Shown here: piece by piece, positions 24,065 to 35,681 of the stretch
How positions within the stretch are numbered: position 1 is the first letter of the stretch
How the letters are laid out: each line of letters starts with the position of its first letter
Source: Neophaeotheca triangularis
Lineage: Eukaryota
DNA length: 64,000 nt
Assembly: GCA_054600435.1 (NCBI GenBank)
Contig: BAAIJX010000007.1
Coordinates: forward strand, 310,001-374,000
Reading direction: 5' to 3'
Notes under the pieces: generated by a model
What the model was told of the DNA's origin: nothing
Seen by the model: only the letters and a program-made list of their open reading frames with translations
Databases searched by the model: none
Program-made: the position numbers and the translations under genes

Positions 24065-26866
24065 GATGCTTGTTTGTTTGGGTGGTGACTAGTTGAGGGG
24101 TGAGGGGGAGTTCAGGTTCAGGTGAAGGTGTCGCAATTGCACTGGGAAAAAACGTGCGTGCGTGAGAAGTGAAGTTGGGCCAGATGGTCAGATTCTGGGG
24201 TAATGAGTTTTGTTTCGGCAAGAAGGCGGAGGATGTGTTTTAGCTGGCAACAGAGATAGACGAGGGCGTACTTAAGACGACGACTCTATGGCGTGATGGA
24301 TTGACTCGGGCGATCCACAGCGATGGAGAGGTACGGCTGAGAATTGTGCAGACAACGGCGCGAGACGGAGGCAAGTGTGGGTTCGCAATGGCAAATGAGG
24401 TCGCGGGTAAGTGATACGGGGCATGGGTAGTACCTGGGTAGGCTGCGGCAGTAGTAGCCAGGCCTGCTGTTATTTGCCAAAGCAGCAAGCTTGGAAAGCA
24501 TAAGGACACCGAGCTCGGTAAAGCGCAAAGGATAGTGCCAGTAGTGCCAGCCAGTACTGGAGTACTACTCGTTGTCGGTCGGGTGTCGAATTCCTCAACG
24601 TGAGGTGGTGACGTGAAGGTGAGGTGATTATTATTATCATTATTATCATTATTATTGTAAGCATGGAATCGACCCTTTCCAGGTTCCGTTTGTCCCTGCC
24701 CTGCCCAGCCCAGTAGACTAGTAGTGCCCTCGCAAGAAACATGGAACTGATAGAAGAGCACCCACCAGTGCCACCACCCACCCACGGAAGTGGCGCGCGA
24801 CGACGACGACGACGACGACTCTTTTGCTTTTTGATGCGACACTTTTGATCCAAACCAATGTACGGTACATATAAGCCTTACCTTACCTAGTCATTACTAC
24901 GTAGTAAAAGGTAAAAAGGTACAGTAGATGCTAGCTGTCACTGTGACTGTACTTGGATGGAATTTTCGTTTTTTTCGCCATTTTTTTTTTTCGAGCCGAG
25001 TTTGCGCCTTTCTTTTTTAACCCGGCTCGTCACTCTGGACTTGCCTGCACATTACTGGCCCTCTTTTCTGCCTCTGCCACTCTTTGCCGTGCAGGCACCA
25101 TGTACGGCTTTTCCACCCTTCCCACACGACCTCTGACTACTTAGTACTAAGTAGTAGGTACCTCAACCTACTGAATGTGTAGCCCCGCAGACCCTTCCGC
25201 TCGGCCAAGAGGCAATCTGAAATCCCATCAGGGCTTTTCGGCATTTACCCATCATATTCATTGGAGCCTCGTCCTCCGTCTCTTACCGATGCCCAAGTCC
25301 CTATTCTCGCCGTGAGCCATATTAATAATGGAATAATGATGCGTAAATGGACGATCGGCAAATACCAAGGTACTATAGACTGTAGACCGCAATAACCGTA
25401 GGTAGTAGTTCCTACGCACTCCCATATGCGCTTCTTTTGCGGGGACACACGTGGTTTGCACAGCCGTTCTTCCACTTCAGGTGCGCCGTCAGCCTCGTCC
25501 TCGAACAGCGGCATCATTCTCAGTCCAGCACGGTACTGTACTATAAGTCACAGCAAACATGTCTTGTTTGTCCCTCGGACGACCGCATACCTATCGTTGT
25601 ACCTCCCCGCCCTCCACTGACCTCCCAGTTGGCGCCCATCAACGCGCCACAGATAAGCATCGCCCCGCCTGTTGGCTGATGTTTCGGAGCCGGGCCATTT
25701 GAAAATCACATGTGCTGGCGAATGCCGTGTGTGTTTGTACTCACGCTAATAGCCCATTGTGTTCAAACGTCTAGCCTCCTCTGACTGGAAGCTTTGTAGC
25801 AGTCGAGTCTCAGTAGTGTTGATGTACACACGTTCCCTCGCTTCACGGCCATAGGAGCGAGCCGTAACCGTGGGCGCAGCTGAAGGCTACAAAGGTAAGC
25901 GTCCAGAGGCCTACAATGATGCAACGGGTTGCCAGCAGGGCGTGTTAGTCTACTAGGTACTATGTGACAGGCTAAAAGCCCGCCCATTCGACACAAAGCC
26001 TTCGCAAACGTCCTCCCTCGTCTCTCTGTGTCTCTGGGCAATGATATGAAAACCCACTGGAAAAGTACCTGTTGTGCGACGGCACTAGGATTTTACGACC
26101 AGGGACAGGATGACGCCGGTAATGACGCACACGAAGCTGTACATCGAGGCAATGCGCGTGGATGAATTGGTCGACTCGTCAAATTTCAAAAGTCGAAAAG
26201 TGGTATCGACGATTGGATTGCCTACATACCTCCCTCCTACCTAGAGTCAAATCGGTGGCGGTCTATCCGGTCTTGGCAAGGTCTTCGTCTTTCGTTCCGT
26301 ACCTAGCGTCAACTTGACGCTAGGAGAATGTCCACCATCCTACCTAGGTATGTCCTGGTTCGCGTGATCAAGTGCTTGTCGAATTTGGTTGTTGAAACGG
26401 CCATTGCTGGGCCCATCTGCTACAGATAATAGCCCAAGAAGATGGAGCGATCAGACATCTTCAAATATATTAACAATTTGCCTGGGAATGTTTACACCGT
26501 TCGAGTGATGTTGCTGCCGCCGAGCTGTCTATCCATCTCATTGCGCAAGGCCTCCGCGCTTTACGGAGCTCGACTTGACAGGCGCTCGACTGTGAAGTGC
26601 TGGATTGCATATTCGTGAAGGCGGTAGGTGTTGTGGCGTGCCCATTGAAGCCCGTCTAGCAGCTCGGCAATTGTTCAGAGTACACCTCAGCCGCAAGCCA
26701 AATTGCCGTGTCCATAAGCCCCAAACGGTATATTACAGCTCGCCAAATTCCAGAGTCCCGACGTATCCAGCCAGGCATCGGATACTCGCCGGCAACCGGC
26801 AGATCAGGGCGGCCTCGTAGTGCTCGGCTGATCAAGTGTTCGAATACCAAGTTCAAGCCTCGCACT

Positions 26867-27525
26867 TCAATCGGCTCCGGCATTCGAAAACTCTGCCTCG
26901 TAATACTGCAGCATGTCAGTCATGACAGCTCTTAAAAACTACGGGTCGTCTTAGACACTCCAACACCACCGAATCACAAGCCGTAGGAAGTACTCACGTC
27001 CGTAACAGCACCCGCCAGCTTCTCATCCCTAAGCGTCTTAGAGAACCCCCGCTCGGGCAGTTTCCAGTTGTTGACGCCCCACCACCATCTCCGTATCCGT
27101 GCTCCCATGCTCTGTCCCTTGAACTGCGTGGCCCGGTTCCAATGTCTCCAACCTGCGACTATCAACGTCCAAGCAACACCTTGGATGAGTGGCATCATGA
27201 CCTGGTCCCGTATGGTGATGTAGGCGACTCCTTGCCATCCTTTGGCGTTCTCGATGCTGGCCAGGTAGCTCTGTTCGAAACGCAAATCCGGGAGTGGAGG
27301 TAGTTGTGGCTTTCGGGGTACGGGTCGTAGCACGGACAGGGGGACTTCGTCTTCATCGATGTCGCTGCCTATATCAGAGATGTGCTCGTCGAGTTCGACG
27401 GGCTCCTTCTTGGATGCCGCGGTCGAAGGGTTCAGGTCTCGCTGGCGGTCGGGGGCCTCGTTGACGTGCGCAGTTTGGACTGTTTCCGCAAGCTGAATGC
27501 CTGCGTCTTGCAGGTTTGATGACAT
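26867..27525 (-). CDS. DUF1770-family fungal membrane protein
   Basis: LPPLPDLRFEQSYL..I, YITIRDQV.MPL.QG and WRHWN motifs. Spliced last exon YYEAEFSNAGAD*. Confidence 0.8.
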
Positions 27526-27660
27526 GTTGGGTGGTGTCGTGCAGATGATTGGAAGTGAATGCTGGTTGTGTGGCTGGACTAAACTCTGGTAGTAGGTAGA
27601 TTGTGAGTATATGAAGCAAGCAAGCTTAGGTACACGTGAAACAAGGACAGTCCTGTCTAC

Positions 27661-27668
27661 GTCACGTG
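27661..27668. promoter_or_regulatory. GTCACGTG E-box in the DUF1770/CNB1 divergent promoter (second CACGTG at 27633)
   Basis: Motif seen directly in a 309-bp divergent intergenic region. Confidence 0.4.
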
Positions 27669-27834
27669 CAACCCCACAGAGTCAGTACCTACTAACGCGA
27701 GGGGCCAACTAAGGGTTCGGGAGAGACCCACATGCTTCATTCGGCGGGCGAGGCCAAGTGCAAGTGCAGGCGCAAAGGTAAATTGAATGGCTCAGCGAAA
27801 CACCAACACCTACAACGGCCTGCCAGACGTCGAA

Positions 27835-28623
27835 ATGGGAAACGCAAACTCTCAGATGCTCGACAACATCGTGCAGGGGACAAACTGTACGTTTCTATCC
27901 AACTTTCCTCCTCCCATCCGCCGCGGCGTTGCCCTTAGATTGCTCGCTCCAACATTTCGCCAGACGGGCTGAAGCAGGCAGCGAGAGTGAGGGATATAGA
28001 TCGGCTGATACGATGCCCGCACAGTCGACAGAGATGAGGTCGACCGGCTACGGAAGCGCTTCATGAAGCTGGACAAGGTGCGTTTGTACCCATACGTATC
28101 CGTCACTCAACCCCACACCCCACCGCTGACTTGGATCCCAGGACCAATCTGGCACAGTCGACCGCGACGAGTTCCTGTCCCTCCCCCAAGTCTCCTCCAA
28201 CCCCCTCGCGACGCGCATGATTGCCATCTTCGACGAAGACGGCGGCGGCGATGTCGACTTTCAAGAATTCGTCTCCGGCTTGAGCGCCTTCAGCAGCAAA
28301 GGCAACAAGGAGGAGAAGCTTAAGTTCGCCTTCAAGGTCTACGACATCGATCGCGACGGCTACATCAGCAACGGCGAGCTCTTCATCGTGCTGAAGATGA
28401 TGGTGGGGAGCAATTTGAAGGACCAGCAGTTGCAGCAGATTGTGGATAAAACGATTATGGAGGCCGATCAGGACTGTGATGGCAAGATCAGCTTTGAGGA
28501 GTTCCAGAAGATGGTGGAGAACACCGACGTGAGCATGAGCATGACTTTGGGTATGTTTTATACGGAGAGGGCATATCCACGATCTAGAGGTCTGGAAGCT
28601 GACAATTCGCAGATCAGTTCTAG
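27835..28623 (+). CDS. CNB1: Calcineurin regulatory subunit B
   Basis: N-terminal MGN myristoylation motif; EF-hands including [12 protein letters not shown] and [12 protein letters not shown]; 3 introns; ends ...SMTL|DQF*. Confidence 0.97.
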
Positions 28624-30242
28624 TAGCATAATGAAATGGCACCAATATAGTACGGGGCGACAAGGCGTTTTATTGTGCCGGGAGTGTGCACAGGTCGGAC
28701 ACTATTTATACCTTCAAGATGCAAAGAAATTGGATCGCGCCTTTATGGCAGCTGAAAGCCAGCTTACTTCCATCACGCTTCTACTCGATGCCCTGGACCG
28801 ACCGGGGCCAGTGTCCATGAACCAAGCCAGCTGGTTCTCTCGCGTGAGAAGCCACAAGCGGTCGCCTTTCACTTGGAGCTTGCGCATATGCTAGGCGAAA
28901 GTCTTGTCCAAGCAAAGGAATAGCCTGTTCATGCAGCTTGGGAAAGTGCGAGTTGTGCAAATGGTGGAACCGTCATCTGGAGGTCTTCTCGCAGCCCGCG
29001 TGCCCTGTAGTGTCCCTAGACCATAGAGCTTCTCATTGAACAGAAACACCATCATCAACGTGCGTACCTTTGGGGTGAAACGAGAGCAGACTCTTGAGGC
29101 AGGGTAATACTCTGCGCTACACGAGCGAGTGTACCTAGCCCGCCCGAGTTTTTGATTGCGGTTCTCATTACTACTTACTTGCTACCTACTCTCGAAAGGT
29201 GGCTGGAAGACGCTTTTCAAGAGCTTTCGCTTTGTTCACGACAAATCTTGAGATGATCTCACGTGTCGTTGTTTGGAGCACTCGGCTACGCTGCTAAAAG
29301 GCTACGGTACCTTATGTCTGACATTCGTCCCTGCATCGAAGGCTTGAAGTTGCAGATCCCAAGAAGTGGTTGTCGTTGCCGGAAGAGTTGTGAAGACGGT
29401 ACAACGATGCCCTCGACTCTGTTTAGATCAGGTTGTCCCTCTTTCTTGGATTCCTTTTCCACGAGACACTGTTCGAGGCCGGTACAATCAGCTAGGAACA
29501 GGAACAAATAGCAAAGTAGCCAGGCCTACAAGTACTATTATGTAGTCTGCCTTTTGGCCAGTCCCCGTGTAGCTTGGCACGAGCCTACCGCGCCAAGCGT
29601 AGTGGAAAAGATAGGGTCAGCGGCTGACAGCATAAGGTACCTTACCTTCATGTGAGAGATAAGGTAGGTATGTATAGCTGCCTAGTCGATCCATGTCGCA
29701 AAGACCGCCATATTTCTGTCCCTGCTCACAACATGGCGAGCTGTAGTTCTTTTGCCCTATACCAACAGTTGTTTAACAACACGTCCAACAAAAAGGAGGT
29801 CGGCAACGTCCGAATCTGGCGCCAGGCTCGGTCCAATCCATCGTAAGATGTTGGCGGCCCGCAACAGTGTGCATTTCGGGACTAGCTCTCCCAAGGAAGC
29901 TTTGGCAAGGCACTACTACGTTACTACTACGACCATGTCACCAAACAACCGGACACGCGTGGACGGCCAGACCATCAATCGCGCGGCCCCGTAAATACCT
30001 GTTCTGTCCTTTTGCCTTGGTTTTTGCCTACCCTGCCATTGGCTTGCTCTACATCCCCACCGCACTGCCTACCGTCCCAAACTTATCCCTCCCCATATCG
30101 CTCCTCCTCCCCAGCCTACTCCGCCTTCTTCTGCGTCTCTCGAGCCCCTACTGAATCGCACGGATAAAAGAGTAGTAGAAGTAGAAGAAGAAGGAGAAGC
30201 AAAAACAGCAGGGCAGCAGGCTCCAGCCCTCCAACAACAACA

Positions 30243-31089
30243 ATGGCAGTTCCAATGGATGCACCAGGCGGCAATGCCACCATCCTCACTCACCCACCGC
30301 ACCCCTACTACCCGCTCGAGGTCGAAATCACCGGCTACCTCGCCAACGAGTGGTCTGTTCCAGCGCTCCTGGGCACCTTCTTCGGCTGCTGCGCCGTTCT
30401 CTTCACCGCGACCTATTACTTGGCCAAGAGCGTGCAGCCCAAGCTCACCCGCGGCGAGCTAATCTCCATCATGTGGTTCGTTTTGAGCGGCAACATCCAC
30501 CTCATCTTTGAAGGCTATTATGCTGCCAACCAGGCCCACATGGGCGGCCTGCAGAGCCTCATGGGCCAGATGTGGAAGGAGTACGCGCTGAGCGATTCGC
30601 GGTACTTGACGCAGAATGCATTCGTGCTATGCATGGAGACAGTTACCGCGGTAAGAGAGTAGTCTTGTGGCTTTGGGGGAACGATGGATAATCTACTAAT
30701 ATTGTACCCTAGGCCTTCTGGGGACCGGGATGCTTGATCATCGCCGGTATGATCGTGTACCGTCATCCTATGCGCTACCCTCTGCAGTGCATCGTCTCGA
30801 TGGGACAATTCTACGGAGACATTCTCTACTACGCCACGAGCATGTTTGACCACTACATGATGGGTGTCACTTACTCGAGGCCAGAGGCTTACTACTTCTG
30901 GGGGTACTACTTCCTTATGAACTTCTTCTGGATCGTCATTCCCGGCTGTAAGTTGTCTCTCGCGAAGTTAAAATGTCCGCCCAAGAGCTAACGCAGACTT
31001 TGGCAGTCCTGATTTACGAAAGCGTGAGCAAGTGCTCGGAAGCCCTTGGCACCGTCGCCCGTTTGAAAGAAGGCAAGAAGATCAACTAA
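30243..31089 (+). CDS. Emopamil-binding protein / sterol delta8-delta7 isomerase family
   Basis: HPYYP, IHLIFEGYY, WKEYALSDSRY, CMETVTA and YFWGYYFLMNFFWIVIP motifs; 2 introns. Confidence 0.92.
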
Positions 31090-31096
31090 GCACGTA

Positions 31097-31099
<3 letters not shown>

Positions 31100-31131
<32 letters not shown>
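31100..31131. repeat. (CA)16 microsatellite in the EBP 3' region
   Basis: Read directly. Confidence 0.95.
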
Positions 31132-31132
<1 letters not shown>

Positions 31133-31912
31133 GTACTCGTACACGATTCGCTCTTTCGCATAACAGTTTGACGCGCATACCATGGAGCTAAAAATTCACG
31201 GGTTTAAGCGAAGGAGCTGGTTGGATCGGGCATATTTTTCACGGGTGGGGAAAAATTCCTTGGATAGAGTGGGCAGGGTTGACCAGGAACGCGCGCAAGG
31301 ATTCCGTGCTCTCTATTGACAGCTTTGATGGCGCCGGGTGGGGTTTTGTTGGCATGGTAGATCGTGCGCTTGCCTTTTAAGTAGACGTTTACTAACGTTC
31401 TGGGCTTATCATGGTTCTCCGCCTCTTCTCTTAATCCCAGCGGCGATTCCCTCTGGACCATACTCTATTCGCAGGTATAAACAAACCGTACAAATAATAT
31501 TTAGGCACTTGAGGGCGAAGAGCCGCTCGAACGACTTGTCTGAACAAGAGCGATGTTGCCCAAGGCTCGCTTTGAGCCAACGGTCCCGACCGCCATTGTT
31601 ACTGCTTTCAGCACTACGATACGATGAACGAGACCAGGGAGGCATGAGACTAAACATGGAACGAACTGAGCAAGGCAAGAGACCGTGACCCTACCCTAAC
31701 CTACTACCGAAGTCTTAAGGGGGCTACTACCGAGTCCGATCAGTGGACAGGATATCCTCCACAAAAAACGGCGACCTCGCGACGCATTGCTGCTGTGGCT
31801 CTACAACAGGACGAAGCAGTAACTGTCCTTCTTTCCAGCACAAGCAAGAGACAAGACCGTCTTTTCCAATTACTGGCGTTGAGGCCACATACCGAGACAC
31901 CACATCCGCCCC

Positions 31913-34107
31913 CTATATATCCTCAACATCCTCATGACTGATGAAATAAAGCCCCGTATCCGTGGCGTTCGTCGCATTAGTCTGCCGCACATCACCCCCC
32001 TTCAAGGCCCCAGACTCGACCACGCCGCCTGCAACCGGCCGCTGGAGTCTGTTCTCGCCACTCTTGACGGTGAAGTTGGCCAAGGAAATCTCATTGGGGT
32101 TGCGGTTGATGACGGTCGGCAAGCCAAAGTACGAGGCTCTGACCTCGTGGTAGCTGAGTTGCAATTCAAAGTAGCCGCGGTAGTAGAGGTCTTGCCACTG
32201 GAGTTCGGGGTTGTGCGTGATGAGCCAATCGCTGTAGTTGTTGGCCGTGGCGAGGGAGATGTTTTGCCCGTACGGGCAGGGCGAGGTGACTGCGCTGCCG
32301 GCGAATTCGGCCCCGAGAGCGCCGCGGCCGCTCGAGGCGTTGTAGTCTGCGTGGTCTAGCCAGACGAGGTCCGAGACCCAGCTGGCGTGGCTGTCGCCGG
32401 AGAGCATGATGTTGTTGCCGATGTCGTTTTCGTAGAGGTGGTTGAGGGTGCGGTTTCGGTTGGCCTGGTAGCCGTCCCATTGGTCGTAGTTTTGGGGGTT
32501 TACGTTGCCGTAGACGACGGATTGGTTGACGTTGCTGAAGACGATCTGGCTGCCGATAACGCGCCATGCGGCTCCCCTTGCTTTCGAATGGGAGAGTTGG
32601 TTGTAGAACCAGTTCTCTTGTCGGCTTCCCATGAGGGTACGGCTGGCCTCGTTGGATAAGAGGTGGACGTAATCGGTGTTCCAGTAGAGATCGGTGATGG
32701 AGCGATCATACATGCGGGTGTCGAGCATGACCAGGTCCAGAAGGGTACCGAGGGAGAAGGATCTCCAGATGCGAAGGTTATCGTCCATTTCAACCTGACG
32801 GATGGGCATCCATTCGAAGTAGGCTCGCACCGCATTCATCTGTTGAAAGAAGAGGTCAGAACTGGCTTTTCCCTACAGGGCTTCTTCAAGAATCGACGTG
32901 ACGTACCTTGCGCTGATCTACAGAGATTCCTCCATCGTTAATGAATGATTGCTCGGTGTTCTGCAAAAGGAAGACGAAAGTTAGTTGTGCATTCCCACAC
33001 ATTAGATAGTATCCTCCCAACACCTCCAGAGTATTCTGGCTTGGGCTTTGCCTTTATACAAGCTCTCGACTTACGTTCATGTCGGCGAAACCGTCTCGGT
33101 ACGGGTTGTCTGCTATCTCATGATCGTCCCAGACGGGGATCCAGGGGAATTGTCCATGAGACATTTGCAAGTCCAGGTCCGTTCTGTAGCTCGCGAGTCT
33201 CGCTCGATAGTCGTACAAAGTGTAGGTGATGCCCTCCGGACTCGGCACACGATCAATCGACTGGCCATAACTGGTTGCCGTTAGCTAAGACACCAAAAGG
33301 CTTCCAAGCGCGGACAAGCCACGAGCTTCGACCGCCAACTTACCCGTAGTCCCCATCTCCGGCATACTCGTAGATGTAGTCGCCCAAATGGATTACATAG
33401 TCGACGCTGTCTTTGCGTGCAGAGTTTCCGTAAGCCTTGCCACGAGAGACGTTAACCAACTAAGATGCTTTTCGGCTGGAGGTAGCACATACATTGAAGT
33501 ATCCAAACGGGTAGTTTGAGCAAGAATACACAGCCAAGCCAATCTCCGCCGTATCATCGTCGGCTGCAGGTGCAGTCTTGGTACGTCCGAGGGGACTGGA
33601 AACATCGCTGCCGCAAATGTTGAATTGGTAATAGTATCGTGTAAAAGCGTTCAGGTTGGAAGCCTCGACTTTGACCGTGTAGTCGATATCGGAGCTCGTG
33701 TAGGCGGTACCACTGCTCTGGACATGCTCGAAGTCGGCATCTTCGGACAGCTTGTATTCGACACACACTGGCGCTGTCGAGACTTGTTGCGGGCCATGGT
33801 AGTAGAGCGGAACGTAGCCGCTGACCGTCGAGTTGTCGTCGACATTGTCTATCATGGGCGACGCACGGGTCCAGAGGATGACGGAGTCGGCGTAGGGGTC
33901 ACCCGATGCTACGCCATGAGTGAAGTTGAGCTGCGACGGTTTGAAGTTCTTCTCAGGCGTGTTTCTCCTGTTAATTTTATGAAGCGATACTCCCATTCCT
34001 GGGTGGTTCTCCGAAGGGCTCCTGTAGTTCAAGTTCTTGACCCAGCTGGCCGCAGCGAAGTCAATACCACAGCACAATGCTGCTGCGGTCGAGGAAACAA
34101 ATCTCAT
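31913..34107 (-). CDS. Secreted PhoD-family alkaline phosphatase, 5 exons
   Basis: Signal peptide; FTHGVASGDP, YSCSNYPFGYFN, HLGDYIYE, WDDHE, DTR, WDGY and SGDSH motifs. Confidence 0.93.
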
Positions 34108-34375
34108 ATCGACGATAAGGGAGTTGGAAGGATTACAAAACTAGAAACGAAACAGGTTCTGGTGTGGAAACACGGAATGCTCTGTATATATAGGAAGCAT
34201 CTTACTGCTCCAATGGCCGCATACCTTTTGAGTAGCCAATCGCCAACGAGAAGTTGTAAGCATGGTCCGGAGTGCAGGGTAATCAAATAACCAGCTGCCT
34301 GTTTCGTTGTAGCCGGTCGGTGGATGGCGACATGCTGAGACCCACGGGTATCTGTTAAAGGCGCAAGTCGAGCGT

Positions 34376-34405
34376 GGTCGAGGTCGAGGTCGAGGTCGAG
34401 GTCGA
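34376..34405. repeat. (GGTCGA)5 hexanucleotide repeat upstream of PhoD
   Basis: Read directly. Confidence 0.9.
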
Positions 34406-34713
34406 GCACGTGGTGCGGGGTGCGCATGTCGCTGGACAGCATGCAGTGGACGGGAGTGAGAGGAATCACGTTATCCGATATAGCTAAGGTGGGTAAGTTA
34501 CGCTTTTGCATGTCCGATCGGCATCTAGCCTACGAAAAAATAATAATACCTTGTGGAATCATCAGCACAGGTGATGACAAGTTTGGACGATATGATATCC
34601 AGGGAACAAGAACAAGAATAAGCAATAGGTCAATGATAGTACCGTATCAGCTTCTCGGCAAGAAGGCCCTTACTCCCGTCTCCGTAAGAGAGATGCTCAG
34701 GCGATGGTATCAG

Positions 34714-35373
34714 TGAAGCTGCGTAAGTCTCAATGATCCGGTCAGGACCATACGGTGGAGGCCGTCTCGACTCTTGAACCATCGTCTCGTTCCTGGCTCG
34801 TTGGCGTTAGTAGTCGTTCGGAGCATCGTGTGTAGGATGCACAACGGACCAATGATCAGGTGATAGATCGAAAGGCTTGTCGTAAATATCCTGTGCCACG
34901 GCAGCAGAGGAGGAGGTGAAGACGAATCGTTTGACAGTAGTTTGCTTCGCCGCAGACTCCATCGCATTGGCAACCATCGATACGCTTTCAGGGATGACTA
35001 TGGTAGGATCGGGAGAGAATGTGACGTTTGACGCCGACGCAACGACGCCCGCGCAATCTACATCTCATTAGCAAGGCTAGATAGTAGAGATCAGTTTCCA
35101 ACCAATGGCTATACCTTTGACAGCCTCATCCAATCCACCCACGGCAGTGAGATCGTTTACCCACGCCAGCTCGAATGTGCCCGGGCCGTAGTTTTCGTCA
35201 AAGTACTCAACCATCCACGTGTTTTTCTCCACGTCTCAGACGGTACCTCGCACCTTGTAGCCATAGGCCACACACATATCGGCGATGTTGCTGCCCACGG
35301 AACCATTGACACCCGTGATCAACACGAGGGAACCGGGTGGGGGGACTGCGTCGGATGGAAGTGCTTGAGACAT
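34714..35373 (-). pseudogene. Pseudogene of an NAD(P)-dependent aldehyde reductase II / extended SDR
   Basis: VLITGVNGSVG, GYKVRGTV*D (TGA where Arg is expected, 35236-35238), VKRFVFTSSSAA and WNE...PPPY...YAAS, after which homology is lost before the catalytic Lys. Two remnant introns. Confidence 0.82.
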
Positions 35374-35681
35374 CTTGGCGCCAGAATGCTCTGAAAGCCT
35401 CGAGCAAAGCGTAGATATACAGACATGATAGCGGGCGTCGAGATGCTTTTGAGCTCGGGGAGATCGAGGCCCACAGGCCACACCGCAGCAGGACGCTTAC
35501 GTGGGGTAAGCCGAAGCGTCCGTCATACAGCTATTGAGGTCGCATAAGAGCTCAGAGGCTGCCTTGGTTAAGGCGTCCCCCTGCAAGTCAGCAATGCGAT
35601 ACGAAAGGCTCGACGGTTTGCGGAAGGAAAAACCGCCCGCCACGACGCAAAGATACTGATGAATTGCCACAGCACCACCTC

